Under the pieces are notes generated by a model, which saw only the letters and a list, made by a program, of their open reading frames with translations, did no database searches and was not told the origin of the DNA. A DNA stretch of 45,153 bases from Patescibacteria group bacterium (GTDB lineage Bacteria > Patescibacteriota > Minisyncoccia > Moranbacterales > UBA1568). The DNA lies in assembly GCA_038062975.1 (NCBI GenBank), contig JBBTWC010000008.1, positions 1 through 45,153 on the forward strand. Reading direction: 5' to 3'. Positions 17,918 to 27,325 of the stretch are shown one piece after another. The translations under genes and the position numbers were made by a program. Positions within the stretch are counted from its first letter, which is position 1. The number at the start of each line of letters is the position of its first letter.

Positions 17918-19983
17918 GTATGAAAAAAGCTGGATCACTTCTTAAGGTAGTTATGTTTTCAGGAGGAAGGGGGACAGGAGCTCTTACAGAAGCTCTCCTT
18001 CGCTATCCAGACATCGAACTCACACTCTTAGTGAATGCGTACGATGACGGTCTTTCAACGGGTCTTTTGCGTCGGTTTATTCCTGGCATGCTTGGTCCGT
18101 CTGATATACGGAAAAACGTTTCTCGTTTCATTCAACAACGAAATGATCCGGCGTCTCAAGCGTTATTATTTTTGATTGAGTATCGTTTTCCTGAAGCCAC
18201 AGAAGTAGAGAGTGCGCTTACGACGATGCGTGACTTTATTCATTTCAGTGGAACAGGGGAGAAGAATGAAGTTTTGGAGGCGAGAGAGAAATTATCTTTG
18301 CAACAAGTGAGGATAGCGAGTCGTTATCTCGAGGCCTTTTTGCAATATTACGAGAAGCACATTCCTCATTTCCAGGAGTTTCCTTTTGCTGACTGTTCTT
18401 TGGGAAATCTTCTGTTTGCTGGTTGTTACTTAGTGAATGAACAGGACTTTAATCGCACGATTGCCGACTTTTCACAGTTTACGGAAATTGGAGATCGAGT
18501 GTTGAATGTGACTCAGGGCGAGAATAGGGTTTTAGTAGCTATGAAACACGACGGGCAGTATCTTCATGATGAAGCGAGCATAGTTGGTCCACAGGATGCT
18601 TCGCGTATTGATGAAATCTTTCTCTTGCCTCAGTATTTGAATTCAGCAACAGAGGCTATGGGTCAGTACAAGATTGATAATATTCGCTTTCTTCGGAATA
18701 AGGAGATGTTGCCTACTATCAGCTCTTCTGCTGATCAGGCATTACGGGAAGCAGATATTATTATTTATGGACCAGGTACTCAGTACTCTTCACTCTTTCC
18801 GTCGTACTTAACGAGTGGAGTTGCTGAGGCTATTCAGGCGAATACCCAGGCAGAAAAGGTCTTTATTGGGAATATAGCCAGAGATTACGACATTCTTGGT
18901 GAGGATGCCACCACGCTTGTCAGAGCCTTCCTCTGGAATATGAGTCGTAAGGTGGGAGGGTCAGTAGATTGTCACAATCTCGTTACTCGTTTTTTCTTTC
19001 AAAAACCAGAAACAAACACTGCAGGAGAAACCCCGTATGTGCCTTTTAATGCAGAGGAATTTGAATATCCACTTGAAAAAGTAACCTGGATTGATTTGGA
19101 AGGTGAAAAGGGAAAGCATTCGGGAAGTCGCACGGTTTCAGAGCTTCTGCTTATTGTGGAAAATCAACTCCATAAGCGAGTGAAGCATGTATCACAAAAA
19201 GTCTCTATCATTGTCCCAGCGCTTAATGAAGAGCGTACGATTAAGCAGGTTCTGCGTGAGCTCACACATCTCCAGTTTCCTGGCATGGGTCTTGAAAAAG
19301 AAATTATTGTCGTAGACGGTGGCTCCCGAGATAAAACATACGAAATTGCGAGCAAGGAGTCTTTTGTACGAGTGTATAAGAACGAAGGTCATCGTGGCCG
19401 TGGTATGGCACTGCGTCTTGGTATCGAAAAGGCAAAGGGGGATATCATAGTCTTTTTCCCATCAGATAGTGAATATACTGTCAGCGACATCGTACGCGTA
19501 GTTTCTCCGCTTGTGAATCAGGAATTTCCTGCCGTGTTTGGGAGCCGAGCTTTTCGACGTACACATGATTTAAATGGAACGTTGAAGCGGGTCTATGGAA
19601 ATAAAAATTTCCTCTTTCTGGTAAGTAAATACGGAGGTATGCTCTTAAGTGTCATGACACTTCTTTTGTATCAGCGTTTCATAAGTGATCCGTTGACGAG
19701 TCTCAAGGGTTTCAATGCTCGTATTTTCCGGACCATGAATTTCTCGAGTTATGGAGTTGATTTTGATATGGAACTGATAGCAAAGATTGCTCGCGAAGAG
19801 CATGTTATCCTAGAGATACCAGTCAGCTATACAGCGCGCACTGTTCAGGAAGGAAAAAAGATTACCCTGAAAGACGGTATTGCCTGTTTGATTGCACTAA
19901 TGCGCTTCTCTACATGGAAGCCAAAGAATAAACTTGTAGAAACAAAATATGCTAAAGGTGTCAATCGTTATTCCGGCGTATAA
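17908..19983 (+). CDS. Fusion protein: N-terminal YvcK/CofD-like (UPF0052) domain plus C-terminal GT2 glycosyltransferase domain
   Basis: The N-terminal domain has VVMFSGGRGTGAL, NAYDDGLSTGLLRRF..GPSDIRKN and IIIYGPGTQYSSLFPSYL. The C-terminal domain, from about nt 19198, has VSIIVPALNEE...IIVVDGGSRDKT...EGKKITLKDG. Confidence 0.8.
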   Translation: MYMSMKKAGSLLKVVMFSGGRGTGALTEALLRYPDIELTLLVNAYDDGLSTGLLRRFIPGMLGPSDIRKNVSRFIQQRNDPASQALLFLIEYRFPEATEVESALTTMRDFIHFSGTGEKNEVLEAREKLSLQQVRIASRYLEAFLQYYEKHIPHFQEFPFADCSLGNLLFAGCYLVNEQDFNRTIADFSQFTEIGDRVLNVTQGENRVLVAMKHDGQYLHDEASIVGPQDASRIDEIFLLPQYLNSATEAMGQYKIDNIRFLRNKEMLPTISSSADQALREADIIIYGPGTQYSSLFPSYLTSGVAEAIQANTQAEKVFIGNIARDYDILGEDATTLVRAFLWNMSRKVGGSVDCHNLVTRFFFQKPETNTAGETPYVPFNAEEFEYPLEKVTWIDLEGEKGKHSGSRTVSELLLIVENQLHKRVKHVSQKVSIIVPALNEERTIKQVLRELTHLQFPGMGLEKEIIVVDGGSRDKTYEIASKESFVRVYKNEGHRGRGMALRLGIEKAKGDIIVFFPSDSEYTVSDIVRVVSPLVNQEFPAVFGSRAFRRTHDLNGTLKRVYGNKNFLFLVSKYGGMLLSVMTLLLYQRFISDPLTSLKGFNARIFRTMNFSSYGVDFDMELIAKIAREEHVILEIPVSYTARTVQEGKKITLKDGIACLIALMRFSTWKPKNKLVETKYAKGVNRYSGV

Positions 19984-20680
19984 TGAAGAAGCTTTTATTG
20001 GAGCTCTTTTGGAAATAATTTTGAAGATCGATCTTTCTCCTATTGGTTTTGAACGAGAGATCATTGTGGTTGACAATGGATCGGAGGATAAGACCTTTGA
20101 GATAGCGTCTGCCTTCCCAGGGGTTCGTTGTTTGCGTATCGAGAAGAATAGAGGGAAGGGGGAAGGGACAAAATATGGTATTTCCCAAGCAACGGGAGAC
20201 TATATACTCATTCAAGATGCTGATCTTGAATATGATCCACAGGACTACATCCCTCTTCTCTCTCCTCTTCGTGAAGTAGATCGCCCAACAGCGATATATG
20301 GGAGTAGAATCAAAGGAGAGGAACGCCAAGGGTTCTTTCGGGGAAAACATCCAGAGAAGTCTGTCGCTATCTGGGTAGCGAATGAGCTTCTGACTTTTTG
20401 GGTGTGGCTTCTTTTTGGTAAGTATATTACAGATACGCTTACGGGATATAAAGTGTATCCCCGTGCTCTGCTACAGAAATTCACTATAGAGACAAAAGGG
20501 TTCGAGACAGATCACGAACTTACCGCCAAGCTTATTCGTTCCGGGGTGTTGATTCAGGAGGTTCCTATCCGGTATTACCCGCGGAGTGTAGAAGAAGGAA
20601 AGAAGATTCGAGCAGCTGATTTTTTTATTGCCGTATGGACATTTCTCAAATATCGTTTCGTAACACAGGGAAAATTCTAG
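19949..20680 (+). CDS. GT2 glycosyltransferase, DPM1/GtrB-like catalytic domain without TM anchor
   Basis: VSIVIPAYNEE, VVDNGSEDKT and DADLEYDP (DxD). It is a clear paralogue of the C-terminal domain of the preceding fusion protein and overlaps it by 35 nt. Confidence 0.9.
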   Translation: MLKVSIVIPAYNEEAFIGALLEIILKIDLSPIGFEREIIVVDNGSEDKTFEIASAFPGVRCLRIEKNRGKGEGTKYGISQATGDYILIQDADLEYDPQDYIPLLSPLREVDRPTAIYGSRIKGEERQGFFRGKHPEKSVAIWVANELLTFWVWLLFGKYITDTLTGYKVYPRALLQKFTIETKGFETDHELTAKLIRSGVLIQEVPIRYYPRSVEEGKKIRAADFFIAVWTFLKYRFVTQGKF

Positions 20681-21099
20681 CGAAGCTAGAAGCTTTTTAT
20701 GTATCACTGCCTCTCTCGTGGCAGCGTTTTTTGAAGTTCGGTATTACCGGAGGTTCTGCTTTGGCGATTGATGTTGCGATTTATTATGTATTGACACGGT
20801 ATGGGCATGTTCCGTATTTGCTCAGTAGAACCATTTCGTTAGGCGTTGCTATTTTCTGGAACTTTTCCCTGAATCGTCATTGGACGTTTCGCGCTACTTT
20901 AGGAAAGGTGCAACAGCAGTTTCCACGCTTTCTTGCTGTTATTGTTATGACTTCTCTTTTAAATCTTCTGTTAATGAAGATCGGTGTATCGTATCTCCAT
21001 CTTCATGATCTTTTGGTGATATTTCTTGTTTCTGCTCTCATAACATTTATAAACTTTTTTGCTCACTATTTTTGGAGTTATGCTGAAAAAGCTCAATAA
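20635..21099 (+). CDS. GtrA-family small membrane protein
   Basis: FLKFGITGGSALAIDVAIYYVL...NFSLNRHWTF, with four TM helices. The exact start is uncertain, since the track ORF overlaps the upstream GT2 by 46 nt. Confidence 0.8.
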   Translation: MDISQISFRNTGKILAKLEAFYVSLPLSWQRFLKFGITGGSALAIDVAIYYVLTRYGHVPYLLSRTISLGVAIFWNFSLNRHWTFRATLGKVQQQFPRFLAVIVMTSLLNLLLMKIGVSYLHLHDLLVIFLVSALITFINFFAHYFWSYAEKAQ

Positions 21100-22768
21100 T
21101 ATTTTACAAAGAATATCGTGGCCCCAAGTCTTCATTTTGGGAATGCTTTTATTTTTTGAAATAAGTATCCACCCTCTTGGTTTTGGGCCTGATCGTCGAA
21201 TTCATGATCCCGCCGTGTATCGTCTTGCTGATCCCGTTTATATGTCGGGTGATTGGTATACAAAAATGGCTACCGAGAGTGGTGTATACACCTTTTATGC
21301 CGATCTGGTGAATCTTGGTCCCACACTCGGGATCCCAGAGGAGGGATGGCGACTTGGATGGTATATCGTGAGTCTTGTCGCGACCTACGTTGCTTTACTG
21401 GCTTTGGCGCGTCTTTTTTTCAAAAGCCCTCTTGTTGTACCGCTTATAGCGGGTTTACATGCAGCACTCATAATAAGCGCTCCTCCTATTTGGCTCTACG
21501 GACCATTTCTGCAGATTGACGGAGGTTTAGCGCCTCGTTCTATCGGTATGGCGCTCTCTTTTGTTGCTCTCTATTTCCTCATTAAAAATAGAAGGTTTCT
21601 TCCTTGGATTCTTTTGGGCGTTGCTACGCTGGTGCACGTCTCTAATTCGCTCATTGTTTTTTCCCTTTTCTTTGTTGCTTGGTTGCTGTACGAGGGGTTT
21701 GTACGGTTTAGGATGAAAGAGCCTCATTGGAACAAGTTTATTCAACAGGGACTCATAACAGTAGGTGTGTACATTGTTTCGGGTGGATGGTTCGCTCTTT
21801 TTATCGCTACTCTTGGAGCTGGGCAAGAGACAACTTTTTCTGATGTGAAATTTATTTGGACATGGATATATCTTCGCGCCCCGTATATGGCACTTCCTCT
21901 TATGCCATGGCGTTCTTGGGTTTTATTTGCTCTTCATTGTATTGCGCTGGTATCGTGTTGGTATCTTTTGTGGAAGTCACGGAGAATTGAACACGAGGAG
22001 CGACTTCATTTGATAGGGCTCATTGGAGTAGGGGGTATAGTGTATTTTTTCGCTTTTTATTTTTTCGCTTTTATTTGGCCATGGTTGCCAGCTTTTCAAT
22101 TTTATTCTATTCGGGTTATCTATCTGACGTATTGTATTGCCTATCTTTTTATCGCCCTGTCAGTCGTTGTTGTCTATCAAAGATTACTTGAAAAAAGTGG
22201 ACGCTTCCGCTACGGAAAGCTTGCTCAACACGCTCTCACGACGGTTCTTTTCTTCTTTTTTTTCTTTGGAGTACTTTTGTTTACGCGTCCGGGCGAGGTT
22301 TTCCGAGAACGTGCACCAAAAAACCTCATGGCTACGTGGGAATATTCTCATGAAATGCGCATGCCGGATTCCTCTTCGCCAACCGTGCAGTATCTGAGTG
22401 CTCATCCAGAGCCATTTTTAGCTCCAATACACTGGTTTGGTTCACCAAAGTATTTACCGCATGTTGCGAGTTTTAAGACGTTTGGTTTTACGAAGCCAGG
22501 ACTTGAAGAATGGTTTCGACGTATGAACGATTTGAGTCGAGGTGAGCTTCAGAGTGAATACAAAAAGCAACTACAAGAAGGAAAGTTTCATCCGGTAGTA
22601 ATAGACTGGACGGCGTATTATATGAGTCTTACGCCAGCCGAGGTTGAGAAGCTTGGAGAAGAATATGATTTTGAGCTGTTTCTTACATACCAGTCGCTCG
22701 TGTACCCTTTTGAAGTAGTCGCAGAAGATGGAGACTACCGTCTCTATCGTATTCACACAAAAGAATAG
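21059..22768 (+). CDS. Large polytopic membrane protein with C-terminal soluble domain (GT-C-like transferase or polymerase candidate)
   Basis: 569 aa with more than 10 TM helices. The first loop carries an acidic/His motif (GFGPDRRIHDP). The C-terminal ~150 aa are non-membrane. An alternative ATG at 21080 is preceded by GGAG. Confidence 0.55.
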   Translation: MLTIFGVMLKKLNNILQRISWPQVFILGMLLFFEISIHPLGFGPDRRIHDPAVYRLADPVYMSGDWYTKMATESGVYTFYADLVNLGPTLGIPEEGWRLGWYIVSLVATYVALLALARLFFKSPLVVPLIAGLHAALIISAPPIWLYGPFLQIDGGLAPRSIGMALSFVALYFLIKNRRFLPWILLGVATLVHVSNSLIVFSLFFVAWLLYEGFVRFRMKEPHWNKFIQQGLITVGVYIVSGGWFALFIATLGAGQETTFSDVKFIWTWIYLRAPYMALPLMPWRSWVLFALHCIALVSCWYLLWKSRRIEHEERLHLIGLIGVGGIVYFFAFYFFAFIWPWLPAFQFYSIRVIYLTYCIAYLFIALSVVVVYQRLLEKSGRFRYGKLAQHALTTVLFFFFFFGVLLFTRPGEVFRERAPKNLMATWEYSHEMRMPDSSSPTVQYLSAHPEPFLAPIHWFGSPKYLPHVASFKTFGFTKPGLEEWFRRMNDLSRGELQSEYKKQLQEGKFHPVVIDWTAYYMSLTPAEVEKLGEEYDFELFLTYQSLVYPFEVVAEDGDYRLYRIHTKE

Positions 22769-22779
22769 AAAGCGTACAT

Positions 22780-23985
22780 TTACGATGCAGCTTCAGTAAA
22801 AGCAGTTTCGATTTTTTGAGAAATGAGAGATTCGCGAAATTTCTTTTGATAGAGTTCAAGAGAATTCTTTGAATACTTTTCAAGGAGACTTGGATCAGTT
22901 AAGAACTGCTGAAGAGAGGCAAAAAGAAATTCCTCTACTGGAGCCATAGCTCCCTTTTCTTCAAGAGAAAAAAGGGTTTCGTAGAATGTCTTTGCATTAT
23001 AGAGCTTTCCGTACATTTCCTTTGTTGTAGGATCGTAATCAAGAAGGGGGTGATTTTTGAAAACAAAGGCATTGTAATTCTCAAGAGCCATTTCGGTTGT
23101 AGCGTATTGGTCTGTTGCGATAAGGGGCATACCAAATGAAAGGGCTTCAATCAGTACAAGTCCGAACGTATCGCGGAATGTGGGAAAAATAAAGACATCA
23201 TGGGTTCGATAGAGATTTTCCATTTCCTCTGCGCTAAACGCCGCATCGAGCAGAGTGATCTTTGGAAGAGACAAGATATGCTCTTTGTCTTCTGGGAGAA
23301 GCATGTGCAGGGGAGTGACGATTGTCAGGGAGGCATCTGGATATACTTTTGAGATTTTTTCAAAAGCGTTTACAGCTTCTCGTCCTCCCTTTACATAGTA
23401 AATTCCCGTAAAGAGAAATTTTATAGAGGAAGAGAATTTTTTCGGTTCAACCTGTTTTGGGTCTTTCACGAAAGGGTATATCTGAACGGACTTTTTTCGG
23501 AGAACCTTCTCAGTTGATTGAGAAAACTTCCCAGTAGCAATCAGGCTTGTAAGGGCGGTCTCGCTCATAAAAATGAGTTTTTTACACTGCGGGAGGCGAA
23601 TAAGAAAAGCGAACCAGCATTTCGCAAGAAAGTTTCTCAGGATGAAGGGATCATAATTAAAAAGGGCGGCGCCATTTTCAACGTACACACAGTAGGGCTT
23701 GTTGGTGATAAGGAGACATCCGTAGGTAAAGAGGAGGTCGTGATTTTTTATAAATTTTATGCGGACATTCAAAATTCCTAACAGACGTCTGAGTCTATTT
23801 TGAAAACCAAGTTTTGAACGAGAGAACTCCTCACGAGGAGTCGACATGCTTTTTTTGTAGAAATCTTTTGTTTTGGCGTAGCGGTTTGAATACACAACAA
23901 ACTGGAACTTTGAAGTAGCCTTTCCAAAATCAAGTATATGTTTGCGGAGGTACGGTTGAAAGAGAAGAATCGTTTTTTGACGCAT
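22780..23985 (-). CDS. GT4 (GT-B fold) glycosyltransferase
   Basis: C-terminal Glycos_transf_1 signature FIFPTFRDTFGLVLIEALSFGMPLIATD. Confidence 0.85.
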   Translation of the reverse strand: MRQKTILLFQPYLRKHILDFGKATSKFQFVVYSNRYAKTKDFYKKSMSTPREEFSRSKLGFQNRLRRLLGILNVRIKFIKNHDLLFTYGCLLITNKPYCVYVENGAALFNYDPFILRNFLAKCWFAFLIRLPQCKKLIFMSETALTSLIATGKFSQSTEKVLRKKSVQIYPFVKDPKQVEPKKFSSSIKFLFTGIYYVKGGREAVNAFEKISKVYPDASLTIVTPLHMLLPEDKEHILSLPKITLLDAAFSAEEMENLYRTHDVFIFPTFRDTFGLVLIEALSFGMPLIATDQYATTEMALENYNAFVFKNHPLLDYDPTTKEMYGKLYNAKTFYETLFSLEEKGAMAPVEEFLFASLQQFLTDPSLLEKYSKNSLELYQKKFRESLISQKIETAFTEAAS

Positions 23986-23987
23986 AA

Positions 23988-24626
23988 CTATTTCTTTTCC
24001 AAGAGAATCCAGTAGCTTTGAGCAGCGATATCAACGTTGAAAATCTTTACAAAAGTACGTACCAAGAATCCTTTCCAGCTAGAACTGTAGTTACAGTGGA
24101 GGAAGCGACGGGAAATCTGTACTGAATGGACATGAGCATAGTGCTGGAAAAAGCGTTCGAGTTCTCTGTGACTAAAGAACCAACGGTGCCGATCATCTGG
24201 CTTTTCGAATGGTAACCCATAAAACTTGCCTGTTTTTCCACGAAAGAAGATGTTAAAACGAGTAAAGATGTCGACACAATTTGGGAGAGAAATAAGAACA
24301 TAGCGATTGGAAACCCGGAAGAGTTCATCAACCATTTCGTGAAGATTTTCCAAGTGTTCAAGCACTTCTGTGCTGACAACAAAATCAAATTGTCGGTCAG
24401 CAAAGCGGGAAAGTTTTTCTTTTTCTAGATCAATCTTAATATCGGGATCGCCGTAGAGGTCTACGCCGGTTACTTTTTCCCCGACGATTTTTTTGAATGT
24501 ATTGTAGTCACAACCGACATCGAGAGCTGATTGCGACTCGGCAATTTCTTTTTCAAAAGTTTTTGCAATGAAAGCAGCACGACCTTCTCGGTTATTGAAA
24601 TATTCGTATCGTTTTGGGAGGGGCAT
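23988..24626 (-). CDS. Class I SAM-dependent methyltransferase
   Basis: Motif I ALDVGCDYN, plus FDFVVSTEVLEHL. Confidence 0.8.
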   Translation of the reverse strand: MPLPKRYEYFNNREGRAAFIAKTFEKEIAESQSALDVGCDYNTFKKIVGEKVTGVDLYGDPDIKIDLEKEKLSRFADRQFDFVVSTEVLEHLENLHEMVDELFRVSNRYVLISLPNCVDIFTRFNIFFRGKTGKFYGLPFEKPDDRHRWFFSHRELERFFQHYAHVHSVQISRRFLHCNYSSSWKGFLVRTFVKIFNVDIAAQSYWILLEKK

Positions 24627-24660
24627 ATTCTTTTGATCTCAGGATAAATCCTGGATGTGT

Positions 24661-25656
24661 TTATTGGATAACGTTTGCGTACCTTTCGAGCATCTGTTTG
24701 AGAGAAAATTTTTCTTCGGCAATTCTTCGACTTTCTTCCGAGTAGGCTTTTTGGTTTTTAGTTATCTGTGCCAAATTATCAGCAAAGAGGCCAAGATTCA
24801 GAGCGCGTTTTTTCCAGAAACCTGTACCCTTGGTCTCTAGAAGAAGGCCATTTTTTCCAGTCTGGACGAGTTCGGCCATAGCTCCGTCATCAACACCGCA
24901 GATAGGGAGGCCGCAGGCCATTGCTTCGAGGATGTTATTGGGGCAAGGTGGGTTGAGATGAGTAAACAAAAAAACGTCAGCGCCTCGCTCGTACGCTGGT
25001 AAGTCCTTATTGTCTATTTTACCAAGAAATTCGACTTGTTTGAAATGGCTCCATTTTTGAGGGAGAGAGGCTACTTTTTTGGAAAAGGTGCCCGCTACCA
25101 GGCATTTGAAGTTATCTCCGTATTTCTTTTGGTATATTTTGAGTGCTTGGAGTAGAGGAAGTATTTGATCAGCACGCCGGAAAGCAGAGGCAGTAAAGAA
25201 AATACGTTGCTCTTTGTTATCGCGAAGAGTTCGTGTGTCCCCGAGTGGCGAAAAAAGAGAAAGGTCAACCCCATTGTAAATGAGCGCTGAGCGATCGTGC
25301 TGTTTCTTTCCGAGGAACACTTCTGAACAAAATTGACTGTAGGCACTTTGGTAAATAGTAAAATCGGCAAACCAATGACGGATAATCTGAGCTTTCAGAT
25401 TATAGAGAGGGAACTTCCACCCAGCCACTGTCCAATACCATGTGCCGTCAAGCCTTTGAATAATTTTCTTTTTTCTTTTTTTTGCATCCAAGAGATACCG
25501 AAACGGTGCTTGGACAATTGTGAGAAGAACATCGTAGTCAGGACGATACTCAAAGAAGACTTCATGACCGAGAGACTCCATTCCCTCTTTAAATTTAAGC
25601 GCAAAAGTTGCTGTGCCTCCAATACCTTTGACTGTGAAGGGGAGAAAGATTTTCAT
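24661..25656 (-). CDS. GT4 (GT-B fold) glycosyltransferase
   Basis: FLFTHLNPPCPNNILEAMACGLPICGVDDGAMAELV, the E-x7-E region of Glycos_transf_1. Confidence 0.85.
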   Translation of the reverse strand: MKIFLPFTVKGIGGTATFALKFKEGMESLGHEVFFEYRPDYDVLLTIVQAPFRYLLDAKKRKKKIIQRLDGTWYWTVAGWKFPLYNLKAQIIRHWFADFTIYQSAYSQFCSEVFLGKKQHDRSALIYNGVDLSLFSPLGDTRTLRDNKEQRIFFTASAFRRADQILPLLQALKIYQKKYGDNFKCLVAGTFSKKVASLPQKWSHFKQVEFLGKIDNKDLPAYERGADVFLFTHLNPPCPNNILEAMACGLPICGVDDGAMAELVQTGKNGLLLETKGTGFWKKRALNLGLFADNLAQITKNQKAYSEESRRIAEEKFSLKQMLERYANVIQ

Positions 25657-25659
25657 ACT

Positions 25660-26484
25660 TTATGAGAGATAACGTCTTTTGAGTTTTTTAATCCAGGTAG
25701 GCAAAATGAGAACAAGAAGAGGTTCAAAAATAGCCCCGTATTCTCGCCAGGGTCGATGATATTTCGGGAGGTAGGTAAAAAGAACTTTGAGATAGAGTTT
25801 CATCTGAGCGTTTTGATGATCAACAGAGATCCCAGAACCGAGTGTGCGATGACACAGGAACTCTTGGAGGTTATAGAATTTTGTGCGAGGGAAACAGCGA
25901 ACCCAGAGTTCGTAATCTTGAGCGTATCGTACAGAGGGATTATAGCTTCCAACACTTTGAATCAGATGAGTACGATAGCATACGGAGCTGTGGGCAAAGG
26001 GATTGCGCCAGAAAAGAGAGCGATCAATTTCAGCATGTGTTTCGGGTCGTGTCACTTTCTTCTCAATTGTTTCGGTATGATTGATGTAATTTGTTCCAAC
26101 GATACCGTAGTCGGTGTGCGCATCAAGAAAGGCGACTTGTTTGGCAAGTTTCGTTGATTCCCACCAGTCATCAGCATCTATTCTGGCAGTGTAGAGAGAA
26201 TGAATGATTTCTAGGCCACGATTTAGTGACTGAGTCAGGCCAATATTCGTCTTATTCGTAAGAAGGGTACATGGGATATGTGGAAATCTTTTTGAGACTT
26301 GCTCTATAATGTCTACGGTTGTGTCGGTAGAAAAATCATCAACAATCACGAGAGCGATATCTTGAAAGGTTTGGTTGTAAATGCTTTCTAAGCAACGCTC
26401 AATAGTCTTAGCGTCATTGTGAACAGAAAGAAGGATAGAAACCTTCTTTTCTCGATGCTCTTCTGTTTTCGTGAGGGTACTCAT
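25660..26484 (-). CDS. GT2 glycosyltransferase (soluble WcaA-like)
   Basis: VSILLSVHNDAKTIERCLESIYNQTF, VIVDDFSTDTT and ARIDADDWW (DxD). Confidence 0.9.
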   Translation of the reverse strand: MSTLTKTEEHREKKVSILLSVHNDAKTIERCLESIYNQTFQDIALVIVDDFSTDTTVDIIEQVSKRFPHIPCTLLTNKTNIGLTQSLNRGLEIIHSLYTARIDADDWWESTKLAKQVAFLDAHTDYGIVGTNYINHTETIEKKVTRPETHAEIDRSLFWRNPFAHSSVCYRTHLIQSVGSYNPSVRYAQDYELWVRCFPRTKFYNLQEFLCHRTLGSGISVDHQNAQMKLYLKVLFTYLPKYHRPWREYGAIFEPLLVLILPTWIKKLKRRYLS

Positions 26485-27317
26485 GTGTTTTTGAAAAAAA
26501 GAAACTCATTGCAACCAATACTTCGGGCAGGATTGAGCCTGAGACAAAGAAAGCCATTTTCTGCGAACGATGAAATGATCTCATCGGCTGGAGCGTATTC
26601 ATATGGATACCCACCAAGCCAGTCACGGATATCTGTAAAGAAATCCATGCCTCGAAGGGATTTGTACTCTGTTACATACCGGAAAGGGTTTTGTCCGTGA
26701 AGGAGAAGCCCAAGGAGTATGTAATCAGCATAGAGTGTTTCGAGAATACGCTTCCACCGCTGTGGACTTTTATTGTAGGCTCTTTTGATTCGATGCCAAA
26801 AAGGGGAGGTACCCTCGAGAAGGTGTGTATTTTTATTGTAGAGTGCGATGTAGAGTTTTCCCTCTGGCAATGAAAGGTCTCTCACGTTTTTAAGAGCCTC
26901 CTTCATGTTTCCTGTATGATGAAGAACTCCCCAAGAGTACACGACATCAAACTTTCCTAAAGTATCTATAAAGTTTTTATCGAGGGCAGAGCCAGTGAGG
27001 ATTTTCCAGTGAAGAGGACTTCCTGCTTTGGCATGAAGTTTTTTTGCGCACCAAACTGAGGCTTCATCAATATCGACACTGACGATTTCTTTGGCGCCAA
27101 GGCGGTATGCGGCGAGCGAAAAAAGACCACTTCCGCAACCAATATCGACAAAGGTTTTTCCGGCGATAGCTTCACGTCCACCTAAAAATGTTTCGAGAGA
27201 GAGTTCTGCTTCTCGAATTTGTTCATCACTGAGATGTTCGAGAAATTTCTTCCAGTTTTGACCGAAGCTGAAATAACGAGGGTCTTGGTAGTTTTCTTCG
27301 TACAGTTCGCTTTTCAT
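26481..27317 (-). CDS. Class I SAM-dependent methyltransferase
   Basis: Motif I FVDIGCGSGLFSLAA, then VSVDIDEASV and FDVVYSWGVLHH. There is a 4-nt overlap with the downstream GT2. Confidence 0.85.
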   Translation of the reverse strand: MKSELYEENYQDPRYFSFGQNWKKFLEHLSDEQIREAELSLETFLGGREAIAGKTFVDIGCGSGLFSLAAYRLGAKEIVSVDIDEASVWCAKKLHAKAGSPLHWKILTGSALDKNFIDTLGKFDVVYSWGVLHHTGNMKEALKNVRDLSLPEGKLYIALYNKNTHLLEGTSPFWHRIKRAYNKSPQRWKRILETLYADYILLGLLLHGQNPFRYVTEYKSLRGMDFFTDIRDWLGGYPYEYAPADEIISSFAENGFLCLRLNPARSIGCNEFLFFKNT

Positions 27318-27325
27318 AAGGAAAT

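Noticed and set aside
17908-19100. CofD-like domain as evidence for coenzyme F420 biosynthesis
   Set aside because: No cofE, cofG/H or fbiB/C-like genes are nearby. The motifs are closer to the YvcK branch, and the domain is fused to a GT2 inside a glycan cluster.
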